Source: an uncultured Anaerolineales bacterium
Lineage (GTDB): Bacteria > Chloroflexota > Anaerolineae > Anaerolineales > UBA11858
Assembly: GCA_964438295.1 (NCBI GenBank)
Contig: CAYTKR010000010.1
Coordinates: 2,633-66,632 of the forward strand
Reading direction: 5' to 3'
DNA: 64,000 nt
Made by a program: the position numbers and the translations under genes. Below are positions 9,389 through 19,288 of this stretch, one piece after another. The notes beneath the pieces are model-generated. The model ran no database searches, was not told the DNA's origin, and was given only the letters and a program-made list of their open reading frames with translations. Position 1 is the stretch's first letter; every line of letters starts with the position of its first letter.

Positions 9389-10354
9389 TCAGCTAATTTT
9401 TTTTACTTTAGAAAAGCGGTGTGATATTGTGGATAAGATAATAATTAAGCCAAAAAAGAACTGGGTTGAGTACCCAGTCAGACCAGCAGCGACAATGCCA
9501 GTCTCCAAAAAGGCCATAATGCTAGCACCCAACACAGCTCCAAATACAGTACCAACTCCACCCCAAGTAGGAGTTCCACCCACAAAAACTGAGGCCAATA
9601 CAATCATTAAATACCCATCCCCTAATGTAGGTCGAAAGATATTATTCAGCAATGCCAGGATGACACCCCCAAAAGCCGCACTTGCGCTAGCGAGCATAAA
9701 GGTTTGTATCTTTACTCTATCTACGTTGATCCCCATCTCTCTAGCGCTGATTGGATTGTCACCTACAAACCCAATATAGCCGCCAAATTTGTGACGATTT
9801 AAGATGAATCCCATGATAATAGCATAGCCCAAACCCCAAAACAATTGTGCTGGGATTTTCCCCACTTTTCCTACAAAAATGTTCGCAAATAGAGTTTCCT
9901 TGAGAAAAACCAATGTGATAGTCTGATTTCCATTTACTAAAAATAAGAACCCTCGAAATAAGTACATTAAGGCCAAAGTTGTTATAAGTGATGATAACTT
10001 TAATTTCGTAACTAATATCCCATTTAGAAAACCTGCTAATGCACCAACAGCAACTGCACAAAATAATGCAAAAAAGGGACTGATTTCTTTGCTAACAACA
10101 ATGGCAAAAACCCATGCCCCAATTCCTAATACAGACGGAAAAGACAAGTCGATTTCGCCACAAATTACTACAAATGCATTGGAAACCGTTAATAGAATTA
10201 GCATGCCCAATATCGAAAACACTGCAATATAGATCATGCTATTAAAAAACACTTGTGGGCTTGCGATGATGAAGGAAAGCATAATGATGGTAAAGGTAAT
10301 ACTTACCAAGACCTCAAGAGAATACTTCCCATAGAATCTTTTCAGAGCACCCAT
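9389..10354 (-). CDS. sugar ABC transporter permease (RbsC/AraH type)
   Basis: 321 aa, polytopic and hydrophobic. Sits between the ATPase and binding-protein genes. Confidence 0.8.
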   Translation of the reverse strand: MGALKRFYGKYSLEVLVSITFTIIMLSFIIASPQVFFNSMIYIAVFSILGMLILLTVSNAFVVICGEIDLSFPSVLGIGAWVFAIVVSKEISPFFALFCAVAVGALAGFLNGILVTKLKLSSLITTLALMYLFRGFLFLVNGNQTITLVFLKETLFANIFVGKVGKIPAQLFWGLGYAIIMGFILNRHKFGGYIGFVGDNPISAREMGINVDRVKIQTFMLASASAAFGGVILALLNNIFRPTLGDGYLMIVLASVFVGGTPTWGGVGTVFGAVLGASIMAFLETGIVAAGLTGYSTQFFFGLIIILSTISHRFSKVKKIS

Positions 10355-10452
10355 AGAAAACCTCTTATTGAATTTTGAAAGGTCAACTATAATACTTATT
10401 GTGTGGGGCGGTAGCTCTTCTTCAGAGAAGAGCTACCGCCTCCTCGCGAAAA

Positions 10453-11469
10453 TTAGCGGATACCATCGGTAGCCAATTCAGCAACTAATTCCCAATTTGA
10501 CTCATCGATCAGCCCCCCACCCGTATCAACAACGAGGGGAGCAAATCCATACATGATTCTTTGTGCGATATTCATAACGGGGATAAACCCTTCAAGATAG
10601 GGTTGCTGGTCAGCAGTCATCTGTACCCAACCAGATCTGAACATCTCTACTACTTCTGGGCTCATATCAAAACCGATGATGGCCACATCACCCGGAGCTT
10701 TATCAACGGCTTCCATGTACATATCTGCATGGCCTAATTGCTGAGATCCAGCGAAAACGATTATTTTCGTGTCCGGATTTCGTAAAAATGCACCAGTGAT
10801 CACTGGTGTAAGCAATTCAGGATTTTCTGATGAGCCTTCGACAGCAGAAACTTTATCGATAATCACTCCTAACCCTTCAAGGCCATCAGCGACCCCCTGC
10901 TCGCGGATCGCATGCTCGTAACCCCAAGCGCCAAATACAATCGCCTTGTCCCCTTCAACAAGACCAAAAGTCTGCGCGGCTTTTAATCCATAATTAAACC
11001 CCCAGTTATAAAGATCAGGGCCCGCATACCCAGCGTTATATTTCAACCTGAGATCTGGCGCATCAACAACGAGAAAGGTTACAATGATCCCCGCTTCTAC
11101 AGCTTCCTTGACCAGGGGCTCAGACGCTTCAACGCCACAATAGGGCATGAACATAATTGCGTCAGGTTGAGCGGCAATGGCCTCTCTCATTTGCTGCATA
11201 TAAACATCACAAGAATATGCGTCGCCGTAAATAGTTTCATACTCAACGCCAAACATGTCTGCAGCGTCTTGCGCCCCTCGTGCAACAACAGCCTGGAACA
11301 CATCTCCTTCAGATCCAGCCGCAAGATGTTTTATCGTGATTGTGCCTTCAGCGTTAGGAGTAACTGGTTCCTCTTCTCCAGGAGTTTCAGCTACAACGGG
11401 CGAAACAGCCGTCACCAAAAGCGTAACTACTAGGAAGATGATAAACATTCTTAAAGCTTTCTTATACAT
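10453..11469 (-). CDS. periplasmic sugar-binding protein of ABC transporter
   Basis: Signal-like N-terminus MYKKALRMFIIFLVVTLLVTAVSPVVA following AAGGAG. Periplasmic-binding-protein type I pattern. Confidence 0.75.
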   Translation of the reverse strand: MYKKALRMFIIFLVVTLLVTAVSPVVAETPGEEEPVTPNAEGTITIKHLAAGSEGDVFQAVVARGAQDAADMFGVEYETIYGDAYSCDVYMQQMREAIAAQPDAIMFMPYCGVEASEPLVKEAVEAGIIVTFLVVDAPDLRLKYNAGYAGPDLYNWGFNYGLKAAQTFGLVEGDKAIVFGAWGYEHAIREQGVADGLEGLGVIIDKVSAVEGSSENPELLTPVITGAFLRNPDTKIIVFAGSQQLGHADMYMEAVDKAPGDVAIIGFDMSPEVVEMFRSGWVQMTADQQPYLEGFIPVMNIAQRIMYGFAPLVVDTGGGLIDESNWELVAELATDGIR

Positions 11470-11593
11470 AGTTTTCTCCTTCTTATGATTATATTCCTTT
11501 GCGTCAACACTATGTTTACTCATTGCCTATTTGACCTAAGATATAGGATTGAAGTATGAGTATTTCCATGTACCTCCTTTCTGTGTACATCAA

Positions 11594-13873
11594 CTACAGT
11601 CGGACCAATCCACCCAGGACTGATCTATTCAGACCGATATAATTTTCGTTAAATTTTAGGTTCATAATCTTCGATTGATCCATTTCATTTGTCGATTGGA
11701 CAGCCAACGGGTATATTGGCACCTCTGCACCAAGGGGGACATAAACGGGAATCCGGTCTAAAGGGTATCTAACTTGTTTTAGAAACTGGGGGCCTTCAAG
11801 GATTTCTCCGGTCCAGAAATCAACCCATGTCCCCGGTGGTAAATACACATCACGAACATTATCAGGGTTCATGATGGGGGCAACCATAAAGCTATCCCCA
11901 AAGTAAAACTGATCATCAATTTCCCAACAAAAAGGGTCATCTGCGTGGTGGAAAATTAATGCACGCAAAACGGGATACCCAGTTCGGCAAGCAATCTTGC
12001 CTTGCTCCATTAGATATGGGATCAACGCGTATCGTAATTTGAGCCACTGTCGTACGATATCTGCGACCGCAGGATATTCATACGGCTCACGAGCAGATGT
12101 CCCATGATAGCGGAGATGCGAGGAAAAAACACCCAATTGGGACCATCGGACATAAAGAACATCCGATGGCCGATTGTTCATGAAATCAGGCAATCCATGG
12201 AAACCGCCCACGTCGTGACTCCAAAATGCAAACCCAGACAAACCAATATGTAACCCCCCTCTCAGACTACCCGCCAAGCCATCCCATGTACTCGCAGCAT
12301 CACCCCCCCAGTGAACGGGGAAACGTTGACAGCCAACCCATCCTGTTCGTGCCCAAATAATGGGTTCCTTGGTCACTTTTTCAGTAATTTCATATGCAGC
12401 GCGTTGGTATAGCAGCCCATACATGTTATGCAATTTCTCTGCGGACATCGCGTGATATTGACCGTACATATTGATGATTTCCCCGAAATCGGTCTTGATC
12501 GCAGCTATTCCCATTTCCAAAAGATCTGAAAGTAATCCTTGATACCAGGCAAGCGCTTCAGGATTTGTGAAATCAATGACATGGTGTTTGCCAATATCTC
12601 TTATCTCAGTTTCTTCATCGGTGATAGATTCGTCTACGGCAATATATTTTCGTCTTTTTGCTAGTTCAAAATATTTTGTTCCAATTTCAACGCTGGGTAA
12701 CTGCCAAAGCGTTATGCGGATTCCTTTATCCCTCATCTGCTTTATATATTCTTGTGGATCGGGAAAACGCTCCGGATTGAATTCCCACTCACATTTCCAA
12801 TCTTTCCTAAACCAGCCTGTGTCCAAATGGATGACATCGCAGGGAATATCTTCCTCGATCAGACGGTCAACAATTTGATGAGTTTCATCTGCTGAAAAGT
12901 AAGTCATGCGGCTCATCCAAGTACCGTAAGACCATAGTGGCACATCCTGGGGGAATCCAGTCAAGGAACGGTAACTCTTTATAATCGATTCTGGACAATC
13001 ACCCCCAATAAAAAACAAATCGAGACAATCACTTTCGACCAAACCCTGAGCAGACCGAGTAGAAATATCTGCGAGAGACAATGATACGTGAGATGATGTC
13101 AGTATTAGCAATCCGTATAGCTTGTTTGATATATAAAAGGGTATGTTTTTGTAAACTCGTGGACTGTTTACCCCCATTGCATCGGTATTTTCCAATCTAA
13201 TAGTTTTTCCAGCGAGATTCATTCTGGCAAAACGTTCCCCAGTTCCAACAAATTTCTCATCGTTTCGAGCATAAAGAGAATAAAAAATGCGGCTATATTC
13301 TGCGTTATTTTTAATATACCCCATGCTCCCAGATTCCATCTGTCCATCAAAGAAAATATCATAGCTATGGAAAGGTATTTCTGTTTTTCCATCTGGAATA
13401 ACCACTCCACTAAACATATCTTGTGGGGGCGGTTGTTGATCACTCCAGAAATGGATCGGAGGGCGTTGCGTTGATAATCGAAATCTTGTTCTTTTCCGAT
13501 GATCGAAAATTTCCCAATTCCCATCGCTCTCTCTCACGCTTAAAGGTTGTTGAAGCATTTCATTGTCCATCAAGAGCATTGGGTCTTTTGAATCATCAGG
13601 AATTTGATTTAATAGAGAGAGAGTTATCCGGATTGTGTTTTCCCCATATGCCCTAACAATTAAGTTGTGGTATTCCGTTGGTTTACTTAAATCTGGTCGA
13701 ATCAAATCACTAAATTGGGGAACGAATGCAACTTTTATTACGACCGTATCATTTTCTATTATGACCTCAACCGGGTGAGCGGCAATGAATATTTCATCGC
13801 CTAGCTCTGTTGAGTTCATTTTGACAAAATCATTGAGAAAATTTGCGGATAAGTTAATTTGGCTCATAGGCAT
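11594..13873 (-). CDS. glycoside hydrolase family 31 (alpha-glucosidase/alpha-xylosidase type)
   Basis: HLDTGWF, AIKTDFGE (nucleophile region) and WSHDVGGF (acid/base region) motifs. 759 aa. Confidence 0.85.
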   Translation of the reverse strand: MPMSQINLSANFLNDFVKMNSTELGDEIFIAAHPVEVIIENDTVVIKVAFVPQFSDLIRPDLSKPTEYHNLIVRAYGENTIRITLSLLNQIPDDSKDPMLLMDNEMLQQPLSVRESDGNWEIFDHRKRTRFRLSTQRPPIHFWSDQQPPPQDMFSGVVIPDGKTEIPFHSYDIFFDGQMESGSMGYIKNNAEYSRIFYSLYARNDEKFVGTGERFARMNLAGKTIRLENTDAMGVNSPRVYKNIPFYISNKLYGLLILTSSHVSLSLADISTRSAQGLVESDCLDLFFIGGDCPESIIKSYRSLTGFPQDVPLWSYGTWMSRMTYFSADETHQIVDRLIEEDIPCDVIHLDTGWFRKDWKCEWEFNPERFPDPQEYIKQMRDKGIRITLWQLPSVEIGTKYFELAKRRKYIAVDESITDEETEIRDIGKHHVIDFTNPEALAWYQGLLSDLLEMGIAAIKTDFGEIINMYGQYHAMSAEKLHNMYGLLYQRAAYEITEKVTKEPIIWARTGWVGCQRFPVHWGGDAASTWDGLAGSLRGGLHIGLSGFAFWSHDVGGFHGLPDFMNNRPSDVLYVRWSQLGVFSSHLRYHGTSAREPYEYPAVADIVRQWLKLRYALIPYLMEQGKIACRTGYPVLRALIFHHADDPFCWEIDDQFYFGDSFMVAPIMNPDNVRDVYLPPGTWVDFWTGEILEGPQFLKQVRYPLDRIPVYVPLGAEVPIYPLAVQSTNEMDQSKIMNLKFNENYIGLNRSVLGGLVRL

Positions 13874-13899
13874 TTCTTTTTGGAAATACTTACAATATT

Positions 13900-13925
13900 C
13901 GGGAGCGCTACCGGTAGCGCTCCCG
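13900..13925. promoter_or_regulatory. 26-bp perfect palindrome, putative double LacI-family operator upstream of the GH31 operon
   Basis: CGGGAGCGCTACCGGTAGCGCTCCCG. It contains two AGCGCT-centred half-palindromes related to the site at 14182-14195, and lies 27 nt upstream of the GH31 start. Confidence 0.65.
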
Positions 13926-14181
13926 GAATAATAGCATATTAATTAGTCTTTTGTCAAGCCCGATGGTCATATCATATAATTTTTGCGCGCCAAATACATA
14001 TCTCAAACTAATCCCCCATATAATAATAAATGTGCTGTTATCGGCAATGTTTTCTCTTATTTTGCGAATTCACTTACTTGGAAAGATCGAATAATTGATT
14101 CTCTACTTGATGGAAATATCAACAATAAACACAACGATATCTCGAGATGTTGACAAATTAACTTTGCCGTGATACTCTATT

Positions 14182-14195
14182 CGGTAGCGCTACCG
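14182..14195. promoter_or_regulatory. 14-bp perfect palindrome, putative LacI autoregulatory operator
   Basis: CGGTAGCGCTACCG, 31 nt upstream of the LacI ATG at 14226. Same core as 13900-13925. Confidence 0.6.
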
Positions 14196-14225
14196 GAACA
14201 ATAATCTTTGAGATATAATTACCGT

Positions 14226-15245
14226 ATGCCATACTCTACTGAAATTACAATTGCCGATGTTGCCCGCACTGCCGGCGTATCGGTATCCACCGTATCTCGC
14301 ATTCTCAACGATAAACCCGATGTTTCTGATAAAACTCGACAGCGAGTAATACAGGTCATTAATGAGCTTGGATATCGCCCGCATTCTCAAGCACAGCGCT
14401 TAGCAGCTGGTACGACTCGCACTATCGCCCTATTAAACCCTCTCGACTATATGTATATTTCACAGTTGGAGATGGAATTCTTTATGGGAGCATCGATTGC
14501 AGCAGGAGAGGAAAATTATTTCTTCAATCTGATTACGTCAGCCTTATCTGAGAACGATTTACTAGGATTGTATCGTTCAGCTCAAGTAGATGGAGTCATC
14601 TTAATGGAAATCCTTATGGATGATTGGCGAGTAAAAGCTCTCAAGGAAAACAACTTCCCCTTTGTTATGATCGGACATTGCTCAGACAATGTTGGATTAA
14701 ATTTCATCGATCTCGATTTCGAAAATAGTATTATTGCTGCTTTTGATTACCTAATTGAGAAAAATCATAAAGAGATTGGATTTATCACTTTTCCTGAAGA
14801 AATCAGAGAAAAGGGTTTTGGACCAGCTATACGGTCCTTGCGTGGATTTCAGAGGGCTCAGGAAAAGTACAATCTTTCATCCCCATATATCGAAACAAAA
14901 ATGACTGCATCTGATATGCGCGATGCAACACTCAAGATGTATAAGGATAATCCCCTGTTAACCGCGATTGTAACGATCCAAGGCCCCGTTACTGTTGGAA
15001 TTATCCGAGCTTTAAGGGAAATCAATCGCCATGTACCTGATGATGTTTCGGTGATATCCATTTCCACCGAAACTACTGCGCAGCTGATTACGCCTCAATT
15101 AACCTCGATTGATTTTCCAACTTATACAATTGGTTATGATGCAACCAAAATGCTAATCAAATCCTTGAATAACCAGCCCTTGGAAATGAATCAGGTCTTG
15201 ATTCCCCCCAAGATTATCGAGCGTGATAGCATAACATCTAAATAA
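14226..15245 (+). CDS. LacI-family transcriptional regulator
   Basis: N-terminal HTH ITIADVARTAGVSVSTVSRILN followed by a periplasmic-binding-like sensor domain. The ATG at 14226 is preferred over the TTG at 14208. Confidence 0.9.
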   Translation: MPYSTEITIADVARTAGVSVSTVSRILNDKPDVSDKTRQRVIQVINELGYRPHSQAQRLAAGTTRTIALLNPLDYMYISQLEMEFFMGASIAAGEENYFFNLITSALSENDLLGLYRSAQVDGVILMEILMDDWRVKALKENNFPFVMIGHCSDNVGLNFIDLDFENSIIAAFDYLIEKNHKEIGFITFPEEIREKGFGPAIRSLRGFQRAQEKYNLSSPYIETKMTASDMRDATLKMYKDNPLLTAIVTIQGPVTVGIIRALREINRHVPDDVSVISISTETTAQLITPQLTSIDFPTYTIGYDATKMLIKSLNNQPLEMNQVLIPPKIIERDSITSK

Positions 15246-15433
15246 TCGCCAAATTCACCAAGAAATACCCAAATAGAAATTTGGATATTGTTTCTATCCT
15301 TCCCCCAGGAGTACCATTCAGGAAAAATTAGAACCGCCATAGAAAATCTAATAGCAATCGGTTCAATACGAATAACCCCAGATGGACTGGGATTGAGGGT
15401 TGTGAGCTTGCCACGGATAACTTAGTTTAAAGC

Positions 15434-15684
15434 AAAAAAGTTCGGTATATTTTCACTATTATCCGAACTTTTTACGGAACATTGTCGCACAAACAAGCGG
15501 TCCCGACGGGGGTCGCACTCTGCGCACCCGAAGTAAAAATAAGGGGAAAGAACCCATCAAAACCACTCATATGACAATCTGAAGTGATTTCTGCACACAT
15601 CGTGCAGCTTTCTTCTTTTCAAAGAGCTTCAATTCTATCAAGTAAAAACCAGAACAATAGTACTTCTCCCCGTGTAAGGAGTCA
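15434..15684 (-). repeat. copy B of the ~250-nt non-coding repeat (candidate sRNA gene; strand tentative)
   Basis: Homologous to 533-782. The minus strand has TTGACT-17nt-TACTAT (15685-15657). Hairpin AAAAAGTTCGG/CCGAACTTTTT (15435-15473) is flanked by A and T runs. No ORF. Confidence 0.6.
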
Positions 15685-15742
15685 ATATTAATTGAAATAA
15701 ATCGAATATCACAAAACAACAATTATCTAAAACTAATTTCCT

Positions 15743-16285
15743 CTACATGAAACTGATCGGATGAAGTTTTCGCATAACAGAGGATTCGATCTCGCGATAA
15801 CGCATTAGCTCAACAATCTCAGCATCGGGCCAACGCGCCAAAGCTTGACTGAGCAACTTAGGGCGGATCACAATCAAAGCTAAGGAATATTCTCCGTGAT
15901 CTAAAGCTGTAAAACCATTTTGCCATCCTGATCCACATTCAAACTCCAATGGGCCAAGCTCATCAATGATGAGCAAATCGCAGGGGGTCGATTCTTTTAG
16001 CACTTTGTTCCCCCATTCCACAACTTCCTGTTCGAAAGCCCAACGTTTGGTGTTTGGTCCCTCGGTGATATGTTCATGAGTATAAGCCAAACGGCGAGAG
16101 CGGTTATCCCTCAGGTTTACCACGTCAATTCCCATTTTCTGTCCAGCTCCAAAAATCGCTGGCGAAATCAAACCTCCAATCATTATTCCACTTTTTTGCG
16201 TTTGCTCTACCAAGCGCTGACAAAGGGTCGTTTTACCAACCCCTTTTTCCCCAGTGAGAATGATCCGTTTAGTTGTGATTACCAT
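15743..16285 (-). CDS. P-loop NTPase (THEP1-like nucleoside triphosphatase)
   Basis: Walker A LTGEKGVGKTTL and Walker B LLIIDELGP. 180 aa. Overlaps the upstream ABC ATPase gene by 17 nt. Confidence 0.65.
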   Translation of the reverse strand: MVITTKRIILTGEKGVGKTTLCQRLVEQTQKSGIMIGGLISPAIFGAGQKMGIDVVNLRDNRSRRLAYTHEHITEGPNTKRWAFEQEVVEWGNKVLKESTPCDLLIIDELGPLEFECGSGWQNGFTALDHGEYSLALIVIRPKLLSQALARWPDAEIVELMRYREIESSVMRKLHPISFM

Positions 16286-17063
16286 TTTTCCCCATCAATA
16301 CGATAGTGCGCCCACTTAAACGTTCTACCATTATGGGAATATTAAATACTGATGATAATTTATCTGTTGTAATAACATCCTCCACCCCACCATGGTCTAC
16401 AATCTGACCCCGGTTCATTAGTATAAAGTTATCAGCAGCAAAAACAGCTGCATTTGGGTCATGAGTAGTAAACACAATCGTAATACCCTGAGAGGCCAAT
16501 TCGATTAGCAGCGTCAATATCCTATTTTGGTTTTCAAGATCCAAATGAGCAGTAGGCTCATCTAACAAAAGGATTTGAGTTTTTTGAGTCAATACCCTGG
16601 CTAGGTGAACCATCTGACGTTCTCCCCCACTTAATTCATTAACTGAATGATCCTTTAGATTTACCATTTCCAGCTTTCGCAATACATTTTCTGCGATTTG
16701 AAAGTCTAATTTTCCTGGAATTTGAAATGGTTTTAGATAAGGGGATCGTCCTAATAGGATATATTCCTGTACGGAAAAATTAAATGGAATACCTTCAAAT
16801 TGAGGCACCAGACCAATTATTCGGCTGATTTCTCCCCGAGAATACCCATGATTATTCTTGCCTGCAATAGAGATATATCCAGCATCAGGCTTTAGTAAAC
16901 CTAAGATGAGGTGCAGCAAAGTAGTTTTACCAGCTCCATTAGGTCCAAGGATTGCAGTGATTCTTCGAGATGGAATCTCTAATCTAGCGCAATTCACCAC
17001 ATCTGGTCGCTCATCAGTGTAGCCAAACCTAATCTTATTAAGTGACAAAGCTACACGGTTCAT
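16269..17063 (-). CDS. ABC transporter ATP-binding protein (FecE/BtuD type)
   Basis: Walker A GPNGAGKTT, LSGGERQ, LLLDEPTAHLD. Confidence 0.85.
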   Translation of the reverse strand: MNRVALSLNKIRFGYTDERPDVVNCARLEIPSRRITAILGPNGAGKTTLLHLILGLLKPDAGYISIAGKNNHGYSRGEISRIIGLVPQFEGIPFNFSVQEYILLGRSPYLKPFQIPGKLDFQIAENVLRKLEMVNLKDHSVNELSGGERQMVHLARVLTQKTQILLLDEPTAHLDLENQNRILTLLIELASQGITIVFTTHDPNAAVFAADNFILMNRGQIVDHGGVEDVITTDKLSSVFNIPIMVERLSGRTIVLMGKNGNHN

Positions 17064-18055
17064 GCTCTAACCTTCAGATGAACTCTCGTCATGAAATAAA
17101 TGAATAGAATCGCTCCAATTAATGACGTAAGAACCCCAAGTGGTAATTCTCCTGGAAGAAGGCTACGAGCCAGATCATCGCTAACCACAGTAAATACCCC
17201 ACCAAGCAAGATCGCCACAGGCACTGATTTATTGGCACTAGCTCCGGACAAACGCCTGGCTATATGTGGAACAATCAATCCAACCCAGCTAATAATTCCA
17301 CTGACAGCAGTAATAGCAGATGTTGCAGCAACAATGGCTATGAGCAAAATTAAGCGTTCACGTGTGAGCATGGCACCCAAAGAAAAAGCTGTTTCATCGT
17401 TCAACGCTAGCAAGTTTAGCCGCCAGCGCATAAGGTAAACCGTCCCTAAGCCTAAAAGAGCAAAAGGGGAAATGTAAAAAATTTCACTCCATGTCACGTT
17501 CCACAATCCTCCTAATAACCAAAAGGTTAAATCAGGTAATTGAGTGAGGGGGTCAGCAATATATTTCATGGCGCCAACACCAGCTGAAAACAGAGCCGAT
17601 ATGGCCATTCCTGACAAAATCAGCCGTAATACCCATCCACCAAATCGCAGTTGCTCAGACAAAATATAAGACAAAAATAATCCCAATAAGCCAAACAGGG
17701 TGGCAGAAATTTCAGTAAGAAAGGGCAGGCGCCCCAACCATAGAATACTCAATGCAGCCCCAAAAGCAGCTCCTTGACTCACACCTAAAAAACCGGGCTC
17801 GACCAATGGGTTCCGGAAGATCATCTGTAAGACAAAACCACATGCTGATAAGATCATACCCAACAATAAAGCTGTCAGCAATCGTGGTATCCGCAGAGAA
17901 ATAACTATCTGCTTAGCGAGATCATCTTGAATTAACCTATTGGGGGACATCCAAAATAGATTTGGATAACGTCCAATAAAGATGGATGCTACTACTAAAA
18001 GAAAAATCCCAAACCCAATCAGGGTTATTAAGCGTTGGTTAGATTTCCCAGACAC
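17060..18055 (-). CDS. FecCD-family ABC permease (iron-chelate/cobalamin type)
   Basis: 331 aa polytopic protein with the FecCD-like pattern (GAAFGAAL, VSGIISWVGLIVPHIAR). Confidence 0.85.
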   Translation of the reverse strand: MSGKSNQRLITLIGFGIFLLVVASIFIGRYPNLFWMSPNRLIQDDLAKQIVISLRIPRLLTALLLGMILSACGFVLQMIFRNPLVEPGFLGVSQGAAFGAALSILWLGRLPFLTEISATLFGLLGLFLSYILSEQLRFGGWVLRLILSGMAISALFSAGVGAMKYIADPLTQLPDLTFWLLGGLWNVTWSEIFYISPFALLGLGTVYLMRWRLNLLALNDETAFSLGAMLTRERLILLIAIVAATSAITAVSGIISWVGLIVPHIARRLSGASANKSVPVAILLGGVFTVVSDDLARSLLPGELPLGVLTSLIGAILFIYFMTRVHLKVRA

Positions 18056-18069
18056 AGACTAGAACCTTT

Positions 18070-19158
18070 TTATGGAATATCACCAGTTACTATTGGCAGA
18101 ACATCTGCTTGAATTGTTTCATCATCCATAGAATAGAGGAAAGAATAAAAACTACCTACTTCTGCCAGAATGTCAATTTCCTCAGCGAGTTTTGGATGAA
18201 TTTTTGTGGCTAACCACTGAAGTCCCAGCACCCAACGGCTATCTGGTTGATCCCAACTATAAAAGTCGAATCCAAAAGCATATACTTGATCATATTGAAC
18301 CGCAGTCAAATAATTCCACAATGGATCCATTATTAGTTCTTGAACAACTTCACTGGCGCGACCCCTGTAGTCAACAATAAATATTTGATCAGGATCCCAA
18401 GCTGCTATCTGCTCCATCGAGACTACGGTCCAGCCCTTGCCTAACTTAGTATCGATCCAAATTGGTTTACCACCCGCCAACTCGACCATCATAGTCTGCA
18501 ACCAAGATGCCGGGGGAACATGAAATGCGATATCTCCGCCAATATCACTATATTCCAAAAGCAGAACGTTCGGTCTTTGCTCATCTTCCAAACCTGCTAT
18601 CATGCTTTCAACCCGTTCTTCGCGCTGCTTATAAAAATGGATAATTTCATAAGCGCGTTCAGGAACTCCGAAAACCTGACCAAGGGTAGAAATATCTCTA
18701 TAAAATGCTTCGGGGGTTTCTAAATCCAAATAAAGCACAGGAATACCAATATTATCAAGCTGGCCCCCCAACTGTTCTACCATATAGTTTTTTAAGATAA
18801 CCAAATCGGGATTAGTCGCAGCGATCTGCTCAGGACCAGCATTCTTCTCAAGCATTCCTCGCTCATCAATAGTAGGATCGACGACAACCAAAAAATTTAA
18901 CGCGGATTGGTTTCGTTTTTCAAGAGCAATAACTCGCTCATTGGCCTCCTCAAACAAGAATACCGTATTTTGCACCATATTAGAAGCTTTTCCTGCGATG
19001 GTTATCCGCTGGGGCAAGTTCTCCAGCATAATTGTATGCCCGGTGGAATCAGTGATTTCTATGCTGCCAATAGGTTTATCAATTCCTATTGAATTGCACG
19101 CCAACAGAATGCCACAAAGAAAAATGAGCAAGAAAATTCTGATGGAAACCTTTTTCAT
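18070..19158 (-). CDS. periplasmic binding protein (BtuF/FepB class), probable lipoprotein
   Basis: From the ATG at 19158: MKKVSIRIFLLIFLCGILLAC, a lipobox-like signal. Cluster-A binding-protein pattern. The longer ORF begins with TTG. Confidence 0.75.
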   Translation of the reverse strand: MKKVSIRIFLLIFLCGILLACNSIGIDKPIGSIEITDSTGHTIMLENLPQRITIAGKASNMVQNTVFLFEEANERVIALEKRNQSALNFLVVVDPTIDERGMLEKNAGPEQIAATNPDLVILKNYMVEQLGGQLDNIGIPVLYLDLETPEAFYRDISTLGQVFGVPERAYEIIHFYKQREERVESMIAGLEDEQRPNVLLLEYSDIGGDIAFHVPPASWLQTMMVELAGGKPIWIDTKLGKGWTVVSMEQIAAWDPDQIFIVDYRGRASEVVQELIMDPLWNYLTAVQYDQVYAFGFDFYSWDQPDSRWVLGLQWLATKIHPKLAEEIDILAEVGSFYSFLYSMDDETIQADVLPIVTGDIP

Positions 19159-19288
19159 ATTCTCATCCAATGGATTAATTCTGATTGAAATTTTCTGAGT
19201 ATCTACTGTTTTGCTCAATGGACATGCTTTTCTGGTCTCTAACTGAAAAGGAAACTAAGTATTGCTCTTTCCTCGTCATGGTTGGTAA

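Noticed and set aside
19159-19288. Cobalamin riboswitch upstream of the BtuF-like ABC operon
   Set aside because: Only about 130 nt are available, and I could not see a B12-box-like sequence.
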